Source: Nitrospirota bacterium (GTDB lineage Bacteria; Nitrospirota; UBA9217). Taken from it: a stretch of 64,000 nucleotides of DNA. Shown here piece by piece: positions 7,354 through 18,728 of this stretch (its first letter is position 1; every line of letters begins with the position of its first letter). The stretch is taken from NCBI GenBank assembly GCA_963790205.1, contig CAWBNQ010000011.1:64001-128000 (forward strand). Direction: 5' to 3'. The translations under genes and the position numbers were made by a program. The notes beneath the pieces were generated by a model, which saw only the letters and a list, made by a program, of their open reading frames with translations, was not told the DNA's origin and ran no database searches.

Positions 7354-9511
7354 ACTAAATGCACACTCACCGAATAGCGAAGGTAAATGGCACAATCTGC
7401 AAAAACATTTGCAGAAGGTAGCTAGGCTGTGTCAGCAGTTTGCCGCGAAGTTTGGAAGTGAGACCATCGCCAGAGATGTCGCCCTTTGGCATGACATCGG
7501 CAAAGCGATTCCCGAATTTCAGGAATACCTTTTACTCTGTCATCAGAAACCTAATCAGAAACACCGGGGTCCCGACCACAAGGGTGCGGGAGCAATATTC
7601 GCTCTCAAGAGGTTAGAACCGCTCGCATTTTTAATTGCAGGTCACCATGGTGGTCTTCAAAATAGTGATGACTTACGCGTGTGGCTGACTCAGCGTGCTA
7701 AAAAGTGGCCTGATTCATCGATTGAGCGACTGATTCAAATTCTTGATCTCGCAGGGACAATCAATGAAAGACTCGCTCCACCTTCGCACGTCAAAACCCC
7801 AATCCAAGCCGAGTTGTTTCTGCGTTTACTTTTTTCGTGCCTTGTAGACGCTGACTTTCTCGATACCGAATACCACTTCAGTCCTGATAAATCAACGTTA
7901 CGAAAGAATGCAATCCGTATCGATGAATTGTGGCACACTTTTGAATCTAGTCAGCAAGAACTTTCCTGCAAAGGCTCCGGCTTGCTTCATGACGTACGTA
8001 ATACGATCTACCGCGAGTGTCTCGCTGCTGCGCCATTGGAGCCGGGCTTCTTCCGGCTGACCGTGCCGACTGGAGGAGGGAAAACTCGCTCGGGAATGGC
8101 TTTCGCTCTAAGACACGCGATGAAGCATGGTAAAGACCGAGTCATCGTGGCTATCCCGTACACTAGCATTATCGAGCAGACCGCTGGTATATATCGTGAA
8201 ATCTTTGGATCGTCTGCTGTGCTAGAACATCACAGCGCGGCATCCGTGCCAGACGATGAGGACAACGTGGATGACGGCACGTCATGGGGACGCCTTGCCG
8301 CACAGAACTGGGACGTCCCGATAGTCGTCACTACCACCGTGCAACTCTTCGAAAGCCTTTTCGCTAATAAGACTAGCCGGTGTCGCAAACTACACAATAT
8401 CGTAAACAGCGTAATCATCCTTGATGAAGTCCAAACTCTGCCCACTAAGCTTCTTACGCCTATTCTCGATGTTCTTAGTGAACTTGTGGCAAATTATCAA
8501 GTAAGCGTCGTCCTCTGCACCGCTACTCAACCCGCAGTGGAGGATGTGCCTCATTTTACAGGTATCAAAGGTATACGCGAAATTGTATCCGAACCGACAA
8601 GATGGTTTTCTAGCTTGAAGCGTGTTGACTACTTATGGGATCGAGCTGAGAAATGGACCTGGGACAGGGTTGCCAAAGAAATGCAAAACTCAGAACGATG
8701 CTTGACTATCGTAAATACTAAGAATGATGCTTTTGCATTGCTTAATGCAATTGCCGACTTCGATACGTTACATCTTTCGACCAATATCTGTGGGGCTCAT
8801 CGGCGTGCGGTGCTGAAGGATGTCAGAGTCCGCCTTGCGGGAAAAAAACCATGTAGGTTAGTTTCCACCCAGGTAGTTGAAGCAGGGGTGGATGTAGATT
8901 TTCCCGTGGTTCTGCGTTCAATAGGCCCGCTCGATCGGGTCGTCCAAGCAGCCGGGCGATGCAATCGAGAGGGAACGCTTACTGCCGGGCGGATGATTGT
9001 GTTTGAGCCGTCCGAAGGCAAACTCCCGCCAGGAGATTATTCCACTGGGACTGCAACGGCACTCGCGCTTATGCAACAGGACTCATTCGATTTTCATGAT
9101 CCAGAGGTATTCAAAATATACTTTCGCATGTTGTACCAGGCAGTGAATCTTGACGCAAAAGGAATTCAACCTCTTCGCGAACGCCTTCAGTTCAAGGATA
9201 CAGCAGAGCGTTTCTCTATGATAGACGACGATTCGGTATCTGTCGTGGTCCGTTACCGGGGGCCGGATGGCAGTGATGGTGAAGTGGATCGCTTGATCGA
9301 GCGACTTGCGAAGGGGTGGGGGTCGCCAATGGCCCTCGACCGCCATCTTCAGCCATATATGGTAAATCTGCGCAGACGTGCGTTTTCCCAAGCTGAAAAG
9401 GATGGGCTTGTCAGGCAGGTAATACCCGGTGTCTATGAGTGGTTGGGCAAATACGACCTCATTCGAGGGGTCATATTCGGCAACATTTCCCCTGACAATC
9501 TCGTTATCTGA
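7346..9511 (+). CDS. cas3: CRISPR-associated helicase/nuclease Cas3 (HD + SF2)
   Basis: WHDIGK, GHHGGL, LVDADFLDT, PTGGGKT, DEVQ, QAAGRCNREG; GGAG SD before ATG 7346. Confidence 0.95.
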   Translation: MPELNAHSPNSEGKWHNLQKHLQKVARLCQQFAAKFGSETIARDVALWHDIGKAIPEFQEYLLLCHQKPNQKHRGPDHKGAGAIFALKRLEPLAFLIAGHHGGLQNSDDLRVWLTQRAKKWPDSSIERLIQILDLAGTINERLAPPSHVKTPIQAELFLRLLFSCLVDADFLDTEYHFSPDKSTLRKNAIRIDELWHTFESSQQELSCKGSGLLHDVRNTIYRECLAAAPLEPGFFRLTVPTGGGKTRSGMAFALRHAMKHGKDRVIVAIPYTSIIEQTAGIYREIFGSSAVLEHHSAASVPDDEDNVDDGTSWGRLAAQNWDVPIVVTTTVQLFESLFANKTSRCRKLHNIVNSVIILDEVQTLPTKLLTPILDVLSELVANYQVSVVLCTATQPAVEDVPHFTGIKGIREIVSEPTRWFSSLKRVDYLWDRAEKWTWDRVAKEMQNSERCLTIVNTKNDAFALLNAIADFDTLHLSTNICGAHRRAVLKDVRVRLAGKKPCRLVSTQVVEAGVDVDFPVVLRSIGPLDRVVQAAGRCNREGTLTAGRMIVFEPSEGKLPPGDYSTGTATALALMQQDSFDFHDPEVFKIYFRMLYQAVNLDAKGIQPLRERLQFKDTAERFSMIDDDSVSVVVRYRGPDGSDGEVDRLIERLAKGWGSPMALDRHLQPYMVNLRRRAFSQAEKDGLVRQVIPGVYEWLGKYDLIRGVIFGNISPDNLVI

Positions 9512-9534
9512 TTACATAAAGGAAAGGAGGAAGC

Positions 9535-10188
9535 ATGCATAACGGTCCACCGCTTGAAGTTAAGGTTTGGGGAGAGTTTGCCTGTTTCACCAGGCCTGAA
9601 ATGAAGGTCGAGCGCGTCAGCTATCCCGTCATGACGCCATCGGCCGCGCGAGGCGTTCTGGAGGCTGTTTTCTGGAAACCAGAATTTTCGTGGCAGGTGA
9701 GAGAAATTCACGTGCTTAATGAAGTACGACACTTTTCCATCCTGCGTAACGAGGTAAACAGCAAGATGGCAACGTCCTCAGCCAGAAGCATGATTGAAAA
9801 AGGGGGCAACTACTTTGCCGAAGAAGATAGGGCTCAGCGACATACCTTGGCGTTGCGAGACGTGGCATACCTGATTAAGGCCGACGTGGTTCTGCGACCG
9901 CACGCCACTGAAGACGTGGCTAAGTACCGCGACCAGTTCCGCAGACGGGTAACGAGCGGCAAATGCCACCATACCCCATACCTTGGATGCCGGGAGTTTG
10001 CAGGATTCTTCGGCGACCCGGATGGAAGTGAACGCCCCTTCAACCTGACCGACGATTTGGGCCTCATACTGTTCGATCTCGACTACGAGCAGGGCACCTC
10101 AGGTCGGGGGAAGCCAAGGTTCTTTTCCGCACGACTTGAAGGCGGCATTCTCAAGGTGCCTTCTGAGCTGTATAGAAAGGAGGGGTGA
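9535..10188 (+). CDS. cas5: Type I-C Cas5c (Cas5d)
   Basis: ACFTRPEMKVERVSYPVMTPSAARG, PYLGCREF. Confidence 0.95.
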   Translation: MHNGPPLEVKVWGEFACFTRPEMKVERVSYPVMTPSAARGVLEAVFWKPEFSWQVREIHVLNEVRHFSILRNEVNSKMATSSARSMIEKGGNYFAEEDRAQRHTLALRDVAYLIKADVVLRPHATEDVAKYRDQFRRRVTSGKCHHTPYLGCREFAGFFGDPDGSERPFNLTDDLGLILFDLDYEQGTSGRGKPRFFSARLEGGILKVPSELYRKEG

Positions 10189-10190
10189 CC

Positions 10191-11936
10191 ATGCTTTTGC
10201 AGAGATTAGTTGAGTACTCCGACCGTATTCCTTTCACTCCGGTTATGTATCTGCAAACGCCTATCAAATGGCTGATTCAGCTCGATAAACACGGGAAATT
10301 CCTTGAAATCATCAAAACAACAGATGACAGCGGACGTCATAATGACCGTGGCAAAAAATTTCTTTCGCCTCACATCGGACGAGCCTCGGGCATCAAGGCC
10401 AAGCTTCTTGCCGACAACGGAGAATATGTCCTCGGCCTCCCTCGGGATTCATCAGATCCCGAGAGAGTGAAGGAATGCCATCAGGCATTCAAGGAATTGG
10501 TCGCAATAGCTGCCGAAAAGACGGGGGAGCCCACGCTGAAGGCAGTATGTGCTTTCTATGTTCATAACAAAACAAACAAAATAGAATTGCCAGCAACATT
10601 TGACCCGGCCGATATCCTATCCTTTCGGGTGGATAGCGGTATTCCGTTTGAATTAGCGTCCGTCCAGCGATTCTGGGCAAAATTCACAGGCGTAGTCGCG
10701 GATGAAGCGGATGGTGAAGAGCAAATAGACATTTATCCGTGTATTGTCTGCGGAGCCAGTAAGCCTGCGGTGCGCCGTCTGCCGTTCAAAATCAAGCGCA
10801 TTCCTAATGGCCAAACAGCTGGCAACGCCCTAATCTCCGCTAACTCACCGGCTTTCGAGTCGTATGGATTGGAGGAGTCACTTATCTCTCCAATCTGTGC
10901 GGAGGATGCGGAGAAGTTCAGCAAAGCGGCAAATGCGCTTCTTGAAGGCGAAGACACCCACCTCACGATAGGCCCATTGGCGTATATCTTCTGGACTAAA
11001 GAAGAGAACAGTTTTTCCTTTGCCACTTTACTATCAAAACCGGACGCTGCACAGGTTCATCAGCTTATAGAATCGGCATTCTCTGGGAAAAAAGCGGCAT
11101 TAGGAATCGATGCGTCACCATTTTATGCCGCCGCTTTATCAGCCAGCGGGGCACGTGTAGCAATACGGGATTGGCTCGAAACGACTGTGGCCAATGTAAA
11201 ACAGAATCTCGCACGGTATTTTCGGTTACAGCGAATAGCCGAGTTAGATGGCAGTGAGCCCCAACCAATGGGAATAAATGCGCTCTCAGCGGCAACGGTC
11301 CCTCTTAAGCAGAATAAGCCGGACTATGCAAAAATATCACCAAACGTTCCTAAAGTTCTTCTTAAATGCGCAATAGAAGGTACGCCGCTTCCTGAGTGGC
11401 TGTTATACCAAGCGGTTAAGCGTACCAAAGCCGAGCAGGGTGTGCGTAAGGGACATGCAGCGCTTATTAAGATGGTTATTGCATCGCAGGATATAAACTT
11501 TGACGAGGAGGAAAACCGTATGGAAGAGATCGACAAAAGCAATAAAGAGCCTGCATATCTCTGTGGACAATTACTGGGGGTACTCGAATCGGTTCAATAC
11601 GCAGCGATGGGAAAAACGAGCTCGACTGTAATCGGTCGTTTTTATGGCACAGCATCAAGCGCTCCGGCGTCGGTTTTTGGCACTCTGCTTCGGGGAGCCC
11701 AGGCCCATCTTGATAAATTGCGCAAGAACAGAGAAGGGGCCTACGTTGCGCTTCAAAGAAAACTCGAAGAGGTCCAAAGCGACCTTCGTATTTTCCCTAA
11801 GACGCTCACACTCCAGCAGCAAGGCTTATTCGCACTTGGTTATTACCATCAGCGGGCAAAGGATGCCAAGGACCGGGCAGAAGCTAAGGCGAAAAAGCAG
11901 GCAAACAACACTAATATATCAGATTCCAACGAATAA
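10191..11936 (+). CDS. cas8c: Type I-C large subunit Cas8c/Csd1
   Basis: Position between cas5 and cas7; CxxC, LISANxxAFESYG, AYLCGQL, FALGYYHQ. Confidence 0.92.
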   Translation: MLLQRLVEYSDRIPFTPVMYLQTPIKWLIQLDKHGKFLEIIKTTDDSGRHNDRGKKFLSPHIGRASGIKAKLLADNGEYVLGLPRDSSDPERVKECHQAFKELVAIAAEKTGEPTLKAVCAFYVHNKTNKIELPATFDPADILSFRVDSGIPFELASVQRFWAKFTGVVADEADGEEQIDIYPCIVCGASKPAVRRLPFKIKRIPNGQTAGNALISANSPAFESYGLEESLISPICAEDAEKFSKAANALLEGEDTHLTIGPLAYIFWTKEENSFSFATLLSKPDAAQVHQLIESAFSGKKAALGIDASPFYAAALSASGARVAIRDWLETTVANVKQNLARYFRLQRIAELDGSEPQPMGINALSAATVPLKQNKPDYAKISPNVPKVLLKCAIEGTPLPEWLLYQAVKRTKAEQGVRKGHAALIKMVIASQDINFDEEENRMEEIDKSNKEPAYLCGQLLGVLESVQYAAMGKTSSTVIGRFYGTASSAPASVFGTLLRGAQAHLDKLRKNREGAYVALQRKLEEVQSDLRIFPKTLTLQQQGLFALGYYHQRAKDAKDRAEAKAKKQANNTNISDSNE

Positions 11937-11954
11937 AAACCAAGGAGGTAATCC

Positions 11955-12866
11955 ATGAATACAGTAATTAATGATGTGGCTAAGCGCCACGATTTTGTCC
12001 TGTTGTTCGACGTGACCGATGGTAATCCAAACGGTGATCCTGACGCGGGCAATCTGCCCCGTGTAGACCCGGAGACTATGCAGGGACTTGTCACGGATGT
12101 TTGTATTAAGCGCAAGGTGCGGAATTATGTGGATATGGCCAAGGGAATGAAAATATATGTTCAGAACAGAGGAATTCTTGCTGGCGAACAGAAAAAAGCC
12201 TTTGAGGCTGTTGCTGCAAAAGAAGGGAAAAAGGCTGAACCGAGCGATTCCCCAAATGAGGATGCTAAAAAATGGATGTGTGAGAACTATTATGATGTGC
12301 GGATGTTCGGTGCTGTTATGACAACTGGAAAGACAAAGGAAAGCAAGAAAAAGTGGAACTGCGGCCAAGTTCGTGGACCCCTCCAATTCACATTTGCTCG
12401 TTCTATCGATCCGATTGTGCCGCTTGATCTCTCTATTACCAGGGTTGCACTGACCAATGCTGATGACACCGGCGGCCAAGATGATGACGATAAGGCCTCA
12501 AGTGGTCAGATGGGGCGAAAGGCTCTGCTTCCATATGGTCTCTATAAGGCTTACGGTTTCTTTACCCCTGCATTTGCCGAAGACACCTGCGTGGCAGCGA
12601 CCGATTTAGAAATCTTTTGGGCGGCATTGCAGAACATGTGGGATATTGATCGGTCCGCTAGTCGGGGCATGATGGCTTGCCGGGGCATTTATATTTTCAG
12701 TCACGATGATAAGTACGGCAAGGCTCCGGCGCAGAGTCTATTGGAAAGGGTTAATGTAGTGCGCAAGGAAGGTGTAGAAGCGCCTCGCGCCTTCTCTAAT
12801 TATTCAGTTAAAGTGAACGAGGCTAACATGCCCCAGGGAGTTACCTTAACGAAGCTGGCTGTATGA
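11955..12866 (+). CDS. cas7: Type I-C Cas7/Csd2
   Basis: GNPNGDPDAGNLPR, TDVCIKRKVR, YDVRMFGAV, GQVRGP. Confidence 0.95.
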   Translation: MNTVINDVAKRHDFVLLFDVTDGNPNGDPDAGNLPRVDPETMQGLVTDVCIKRKVRNYVDMAKGMKIYVQNRGILAGEQKKAFEAVAAKEGKKAEPSDSPNEDAKKWMCENYYDVRMFGAVMTTGKTKESKKKWNCGQVRGPLQFTFARSIDPIVPLDLSITRVALTNADDTGGQDDDDKASSGQMGRKALLPYGLYKAYGFFTPAFAEDTCVAATDLEIFWAALQNMWDIDRSASRGMMACRGIYIFSHDDKYGKAPAQSLLERVNVVRKEGVEAPRAFSNYSVKVNEANMPQGVTLTKLAV

Positions 12867-13498
12867 ACTCGCAGGAGAAACAAGAAGCCGATCCTGTCAT
12901 GGTCTCCGCCTTGGAGCACTACAGCTACTGCCCGCGCCAGTGCGCGTTGATCCATCTTGAGCACGTATGGGACGAGAACGTGTACACTATGCGCGGTCGC
13001 GACACGCACGAGCGCGTGGACGAGGCGTCTTCGCGCGCCGAGGCGGGCGTGCGCGTGGAGCGGGCTTTGCCAATCTGGTCAAAGCGGCTGAACCTTACCG
13101 GCAGGGCGGACGTCGTGGAGTTCCACGGCGACATGCCATATCCTGTCGAGTACAAGTCCGGGAAGCATCGAAAGGGCCGGCACGAGGCGCTTCAACTCTG
13201 CGCCCAGGCAGTGTGTCTTGAAGAGATGCTGGGGGTGAAGATTGAGAAGGGCGCTTTGTACTGGCACGGGTCGCGAGAACGGAAGGAGATCGCATTGACC
13301 GATGCTTTAAAGGCCCAAGTCTGCGAGATCGCTGAAGCGGTGCATAAGATGATTGTAGAGAACCGAATCCCGCCACCGGTGAATGACGAACGGTGCCGGG
13401 ACTGTTCGCTCAGGGAAGCGTGTATGCCTGAGGTCGTGGATAATAAAATGAAAACCAAGCGTGCGGTCAATGATCTTTTTGCTGTCGAAAAGAGTTAG
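12863..13498 (+). CDS. cas4: CRISPR-associated exonuclease Cas4
   Basis: YCPRQ, PVEYKSG, QLCAQ, CxxCSLxxxC Fe-S cysteines. Confidence 0.95.
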   Translation: MNSQEKQEADPVMVSALEHYSYCPRQCALIHLEHVWDENVYTMRGRDTHERVDEASSRAEAGVRVERALPIWSKRLNLTGRADVVEFHGDMPYPVEYKSGKHRKGRHEALQLCAQAVCLEEMLGVKIEKGALYWHGSRERKEIALTDALKAQVCEIAEAVHKMIVENRIPPPVNDERCRDCSLREACMPEVVDNKMKTKRAVNDLFAVEKS

Positions 13499-13513
13499 GC
13501 ATGGAGGCTGACA

Positions 13514-14548
13514 ATGAAACAACTCCTCAATACTCTTTATGTTATGACCCAGGGGGCCTATCTTTCTCTCGACCATGAAACGCTGAAAGTAGAAGTGGAA
13601 GGCAAGATTCAGATGCAGGTGCCGCTTCATCACCTCGGGTCCATTGTCGTCATGGGAAACGTGATGATCAGCCCTTTTCTCCTGGGCCGTTGCGGCGATG
13701 ACGGCAGGTCCGTGGCAATCCTGGATCGTAACGGCCAGTTCAAATGCCGAATGGTGGGAAAGACGAGCGGCAACGTGCTTCTGCGCCAGGCTCAGTATGA
13801 ATTCGTGAGAGACGACGGAAAGGCGAGGGAGATCGCCAGGAATATCGTAGCCGGGAAGGTGAAGAACTCGCGCGAAGTCCTCATGCGCGCGGCGCGCGAG
13901 ACAACAGTACAGCCGGAGTCGGATTCGCTCAGACGGGCAACGGAAACGCTCGCCGGCGCATTGTTCCGCTTGAAGGACGCTCCCGATGTGGATGCGATCC
14001 GGGGGTATGAAGGCGAGTCGGCGAACGTCTATTTTCAAGTCTTCGACCTGATGGTGAAGGAAGACGCACGTGAAGCCTTCAAGATGAACGGAAGAACCAG
14101 AAGACCGCCGCTTGACCGGATGAACGGTCTCCTGTCGTTTCTCTATACGCTCCTGCTGCACGATTGTATTTCTGCGGCGGAAGGCGTCGGGCTTGATTCG
14201 CAGATGGGTTTTCTGCACGCTCTCCGTCCGGGCAGGCCGTCGCTCGGCCTTGACTTGATGGAAGAAATGCGCGCGCTGCTTGCGGACAGGCTTGCCCTTA
14301 CCCTGATCAACCGAAAGCAGGTGTCGGCATCGGACTTCGAAGTGCGGCCCGGCGGCGCGACCTATCTGAACGACGAGGGGAGAAAAACGGTGGTTGTCGC
14401 GTATCAGAAGCGAAAGCAGGAAGAATTCCATCATCCCATACTAGATGAACAGGTCCCTTTCGGCCTGATTCCTCATGTCCAGGCGCGGTTGTTAGCGCGA
14501 CACTTACGCGGCGACATCGAGGAGTACGCTCCGTTCTTGTATTCATAA
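13514..14548 (+). CDS. cas1: Type I-C Cas1
   Basis: LLNTLYV, GNVLLR, RRPPLD, GFLH..RPGRPSL.LDLMEE. Confidence 0.96.
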   Translation: MKQLLNTLYVMTQGAYLSLDHETLKVEVEGKIQMQVPLHHLGSIVVMGNVMISPFLLGRCGDDGRSVAILDRNGQFKCRMVGKTSGNVLLRQAQYEFVRDDGKAREIARNIVAGKVKNSREVLMRAARETTVQPESDSLRRATETLAGALFRLKDAPDVDAIRGYEGESANVYFQVFDLMVKEDAREAFKMNGRTRRPPLDRMNGLLSFLYTLLLHDCISAAEGVGLDSQMGFLHALRPGRPSLGLDLMEEMRALLADRLALTLINRKQVSASDFEVRPGGATYLNDEGRKTVVVAYQKRKQEEFHHPILDEQVPFGLIPHVQARLLARHLRGDIEEYAPFLYS

Positions 14549-14562
14549 CGCTGAGGTGGTAT

Positions 14563-14853
14563 ATGTGGATCGTTGTTGCGTATGATGTTCGCACCGATGA
14601 GGCGAAGGGGAGAAAAAGGCTTCGACGCGTGGCTCAGGTGTGCAAGGACTTCGGACAGCGGGTGCAGAAGTCGGTCTTCGAGTGTCAGGTCGATGATATG
14701 AAGTTTGAAGAGCTTCGGCGAAGGTTATTGCGGGAGATCAACGATGAGGAAGATAATTTACGTCTCTATCGGCTTACAGAGCCAAGAGAACAGCACGTCG
14801 AGACCTATGGTCTGAGCCGCACGGTCTTCTATGATGAGCCGCTTATCGCATAG
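14563..14853 (+). CDS. cas2: Cas2
   Basis: [25 protein letters not shown]. Confidence 0.96.
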   Translation: MWIVVAYDVRTDEAKGRKRLRRVAQVCKDFGQRVQKSVFECQVDDMKFEELRRRLLREINDEEDNLRLYRLTEPREQHVETYGLSRTVFYDEPLIA

Positions 14854-15019
14854 CGCGAACGTGGTGCGATGGTGAAAAGGCGGGGTATTTCGCGGATGAA
14901 TGAAATCAAATGGTTTACGGGGGTGTCGGAAGTTTTTATGCTTTGCTCAGGCATGTATAGCCCCTTTCGTGGAAAAGGGTGTGTAAGTATTTGTTTTCTG
15001 TCGCCCATAGAGGGAGACA
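14854..15019 (+). promoter_or_regulatory. CRISPR leader
   Basis: Non-coding segment between cas2 and first repeat; begins GCGAAC; one-mismatch IHF-like AATCAAATGGTTT near 14904. Confidence 0.7.
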
Positions 15020-18000
15020 GTAGCGCCCCTCAGCGATGAGGGGCGAGGATTGAAACGCGTTGTCTCCAGCCAACTAATTAAAGATTTCGTGTAGCGCCCC
15101 TCAGCGATGAGGGGCGAGGATTGAAACATTGTAAAGCTCCGCGAGCCGTTGAAGTACATCCCGTAGCGCCCCTCAGCGATGAGGGGCGAGGATTGAAACT
15201 ACTCGGACAACGGCGCGGGCAACACGGCCAAGGTGTAGCGCCCCTCAGCGATGAGGGGCGAGGATTGAAACTCTTAAGGTGCGCCCGATTTCAAACGGCT
15301 CGGGGTAGCGCCCCTCAGCGATGAGGGGCGAGGATTGAAACACCCGTATAACGCGGGTCTTTACTGCTGATTGCGGGTAGCGCCCCTCAGCGATGAGGGG
15401 CGAGGATTGAAACTTTTGCATGGGAGGTTGCTGATACAGCGACCATCGTAGCGCCCCTCAGCGATGAGGGGCGAGGATTGAAACATTACAGGATCGGCGT
15501 GGCGTCTTTGTCTTTGGCGTAGCGCCCCTCAGCGATGAGGGGCGAGGATTGAAACCAGTCGTCCTGCGTGTCGACGGCCACGTTCAGGTAGCGCCCCTCA
15601 GCGATGAGGGGCGAGGATTGAAACTCCCATGAGAGATTTTACGTTGTTGTCTATTTCCGTAGCGCCCCTCAGCGATGAGGGGCGAGGATTGAAACGCGTA
15701 TCAGCTCATGACCAAGTCCGGGACTCCGAGTAGCGCCCCTCAGCGATGAGGGGCGAGGATTGAAACTTCGGAGACGCATCGAGCGCGCGCGCCAGGGCCG
15801 TAGCGCCCCTCAGCGATGAGGGGCGAGGATTGAAACACCTTGTTCGGGTTGTTTCAGCATATGTGCTCCAGTAGCGCCCCTCAGCGATGAGGGGCGAGGA
15901 TTGAAACGATTTTATAGGTCTAACCATCGCGTCCACTCCGTCGTAGCGCCCCTCAGCGATGAGGGGCGAGGATTGAAACCTTAATCTGCATCCCTTCGGG
16001 ATCGGACCGGTTGGTAGCGCCCCTCAGCGATGAGGGGCGAGGATTGAAACCCGAGTACCGGGGCTATGCCCGCTATCGTAGACCGTAGCGCCCCTCAGCG
16101 ATGAGGGGCGAGGATTGAAACCCATGAAGGGACCCATGCCTGCGCCTGTGCCATGGTAGCGCCCCTCAGCGATGAGGGGCGAGGATTGAAACATTTACCT
16201 CACCCCCACGGTCGGCGCGGCGAAGGCGTAGCGCCCCTCAGCGATGAGGGGCGAGGATTGAAACAACGTATCTCCGGACTGCACGGCTCGCGATGAGCTG
16301 TAGCGCCCCTCAGCGATGAGGGGCGAGGATTGAAACCCGGATACTTTGCGGTCTCCCTCGAAATAATCCGTAGCGCCCCTCAGCGATGAGGGGCGAGGAT
16401 TGAAACGATTTCTGCGTCGCCCCACTTTTCAAATCCTTCGAGTAGCGCCCCTCAGCGATGAGGGGCGAGGATTGAAACACGCAAAAGCCCACGTCTTCCC
16501 CGACGCCATCCGTAGCGCCCCTCAGCGATGAGGGGCGAGGATTGAAACATTAACATGGACGAAATTAAAATTATGCTTATCCGTAGCGCCCCTCAGCGAT
16601 GAGGGGCGAGGATTGAAACATTGGACTTGATCCCGATATGGATGAAAGGATTTTGTAGCGCCCCTCAGCGATGAGGGGCGAGGATTGAAACTTATAAATC
16701 GGTATGCAAAGTATACAATTAACCCTGTAGCGCCCCTCAGCGATGAGGGGCGAGGATTGAAACACTCTCGAAAAAAACAAAAAGACCGGCGCTTCCGTAG
16801 CGCCCCTCAGCGATGAGGGGCGAGGATTGAAACAATTCACCGATACATCAACCATATCCGGTACCCGTAGCGCCCCTCAGCGATGAGGGGCGAGGATTGA
16901 AACCGTAATGGCCTTGGTCTTGAGATTGACGACCACGCCGTAGCGCCCCTCAGCGATGAGGGGCGAGGATTGAAACATGTACGCCGTGTCTTCGTACCCG
17001 CTGCCGATGGTAGCGCCCCTCAGCGATGAGGGGCGAGGATTGAAACTCTAGTAGTGCAGCCGGAAACGATCAGGGCTTATGTAGCGCCCCTCAGCGATGA
17101 GGGGCGAGGATTGAAACGAGTTCCTGGTAGCATGTCCGCTCATCCGTTTGTGTAGCGCCCCTCAGCGATGAGGGGCGAGGATTGAAACACGTGGTGCACG
17201 GCGTCGGCGATGCTGATCGAGCGTAGCGCCCCTCAGCGATGAGGGGCGAGGATTGAAACACTCATGATCCAGCGCATGGCCAAGCGGAATTGCGTAGCGC
17301 CCCTCAGCGATGAGGGGCGAGGATTGAAACTCTTCTTCGAAGATCGATCTCCTGCCCCACGTCGTAGCGCCCCTCAGCGATGAGGGGCGAGGATTGAAAC
17401 TCTTCTTCGAAGATCGATCTCCTGCCCCACGTCGTAGCGCCCCTCAGCGATGAGGGGCGAGGATTGAAACATGCGCTCGTTGTACACCGCACGGTTTATA
17501 ATCGTAGCGCCCCTCAGCGATGAGGGGCGAGGATTGAAACATGCGCTCGTTGTACACCGCACGGTTTATAATCGTAGCGCCCCTCAGCGATGAGGGGCGA
17601 GGATTGAAACTCAGATAACTTGTGGTTTCTGTTCGATCTTAGTAGTAGCGCCCCTCAGCGATGAGGGGCGAGGATTGAAACCTTTCCGATGCATGTCATA
17701 ACCAGCGGTTCGTGGTAGCGCCCCTCAGCGATGAGGGGCGAGGATTGAAACCTGTTCCGGCCTCGTGAGCTCGATCTGCTTGAAGTAGCGCCCCTCAGCG
17801 ATGAGGGGCGAGGATTGAAACAATCTCGACCGCACAAACGGTTCGATGTCCGAGGTAGCGCCCCTCAGCGATGAGGGGCGAGGATTGAAACCGACAAGGT
17901 AGAGGCAGTACGGAGTTTGGCATTGTAGCGCCCCTCAGCGATGAGGGGCGAGGATTGAAACAAGGATTCGATGAGCGCCATCTCACAGAACCTGTTGTAG

Positions 18001-18603
18001 CGCCCCTCAGCGATGAGGGGCGAGGATTGAAACTCGAAAACGCTTTGTTCTCAAGAATAACGTTGCTGTAGCGCCCCTCAGCGATGAGGGGCGAGGATTG
18101 AAACTGTTATATAGGCCAGATCGACGATCCAGGATGATAGTAGCGCCCCTCAGCGATGAGGGGCGAGGATTGAAACATATTTACGCGACGGGAACAATGG
18201 GGCGATCAGGTAGCGCCCCTCAGCGATGAGGGGCGAGGATTGAAACAGTCTGCATGGTCTGATTTACCGACTGGAGCTGCGTAGCGCCCCTCAGCGATGA
18301 GGGGCGAGGATTGAAACATTGGTTGTTTTTGATGAGCCTCAAAAGTATTATAGTAGCGCCCCTCAGCGATGAGGGGCGAGGATTGAAACAGCGATCCTTT
18401 CGCCTCATCGACCGACCTCACGGTAGCGCCCCTCAGCGATGAGGGGCGAGGATTGAAACTGTTATATAGGCCAGATCGACGATCCAGGATGATAGTAGCG
18501 CCCCTCAGCGATGAGGGGCGAGGATTGAAACTTTCTTATCGGTGTCCTTCTTCGGTCCGTACTTCCGTAGCGCCCCTCAGCGATGAGGGGCGAGGATTGA
18601 AAC
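15020..18603 (+). CRISPR. CRISPR array: 51 copies of 37-bp repeat GTAGCGCCCCTCAGCGATGAGGGGCGAGGATTGAAAC, 50 spacers of ~32-36 bp
   Basis: Hand count; internal hairpin CGCCCCTCA-GCGA-TGAGGGGCG; ATTGAAAC 3' end. Confidence 0.99.
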
Positions 18604-18728
18604 TCTGAGAGTTCGGCACTTTGGCGGTCAGAACTCCTTCTCTACGAGCGCATTCCATAAAGCTCATCTAATCTAAAAAATATCAAGATTACCTTGACGA
18701 ACAAGGAAAAATTAGGCATAGTTACGCT

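Noticed and set aside
14947..18421. Short ORFs with FQSSPLIAEGRY / FNPRPSSLRGAT repeats
   Set aside because: Translations of the CRISPR repeat
15057..18566. Self-targeting spacers within the window
   Set aside because: None noticed, but only by eye; an exact-match search is needed to exclude them
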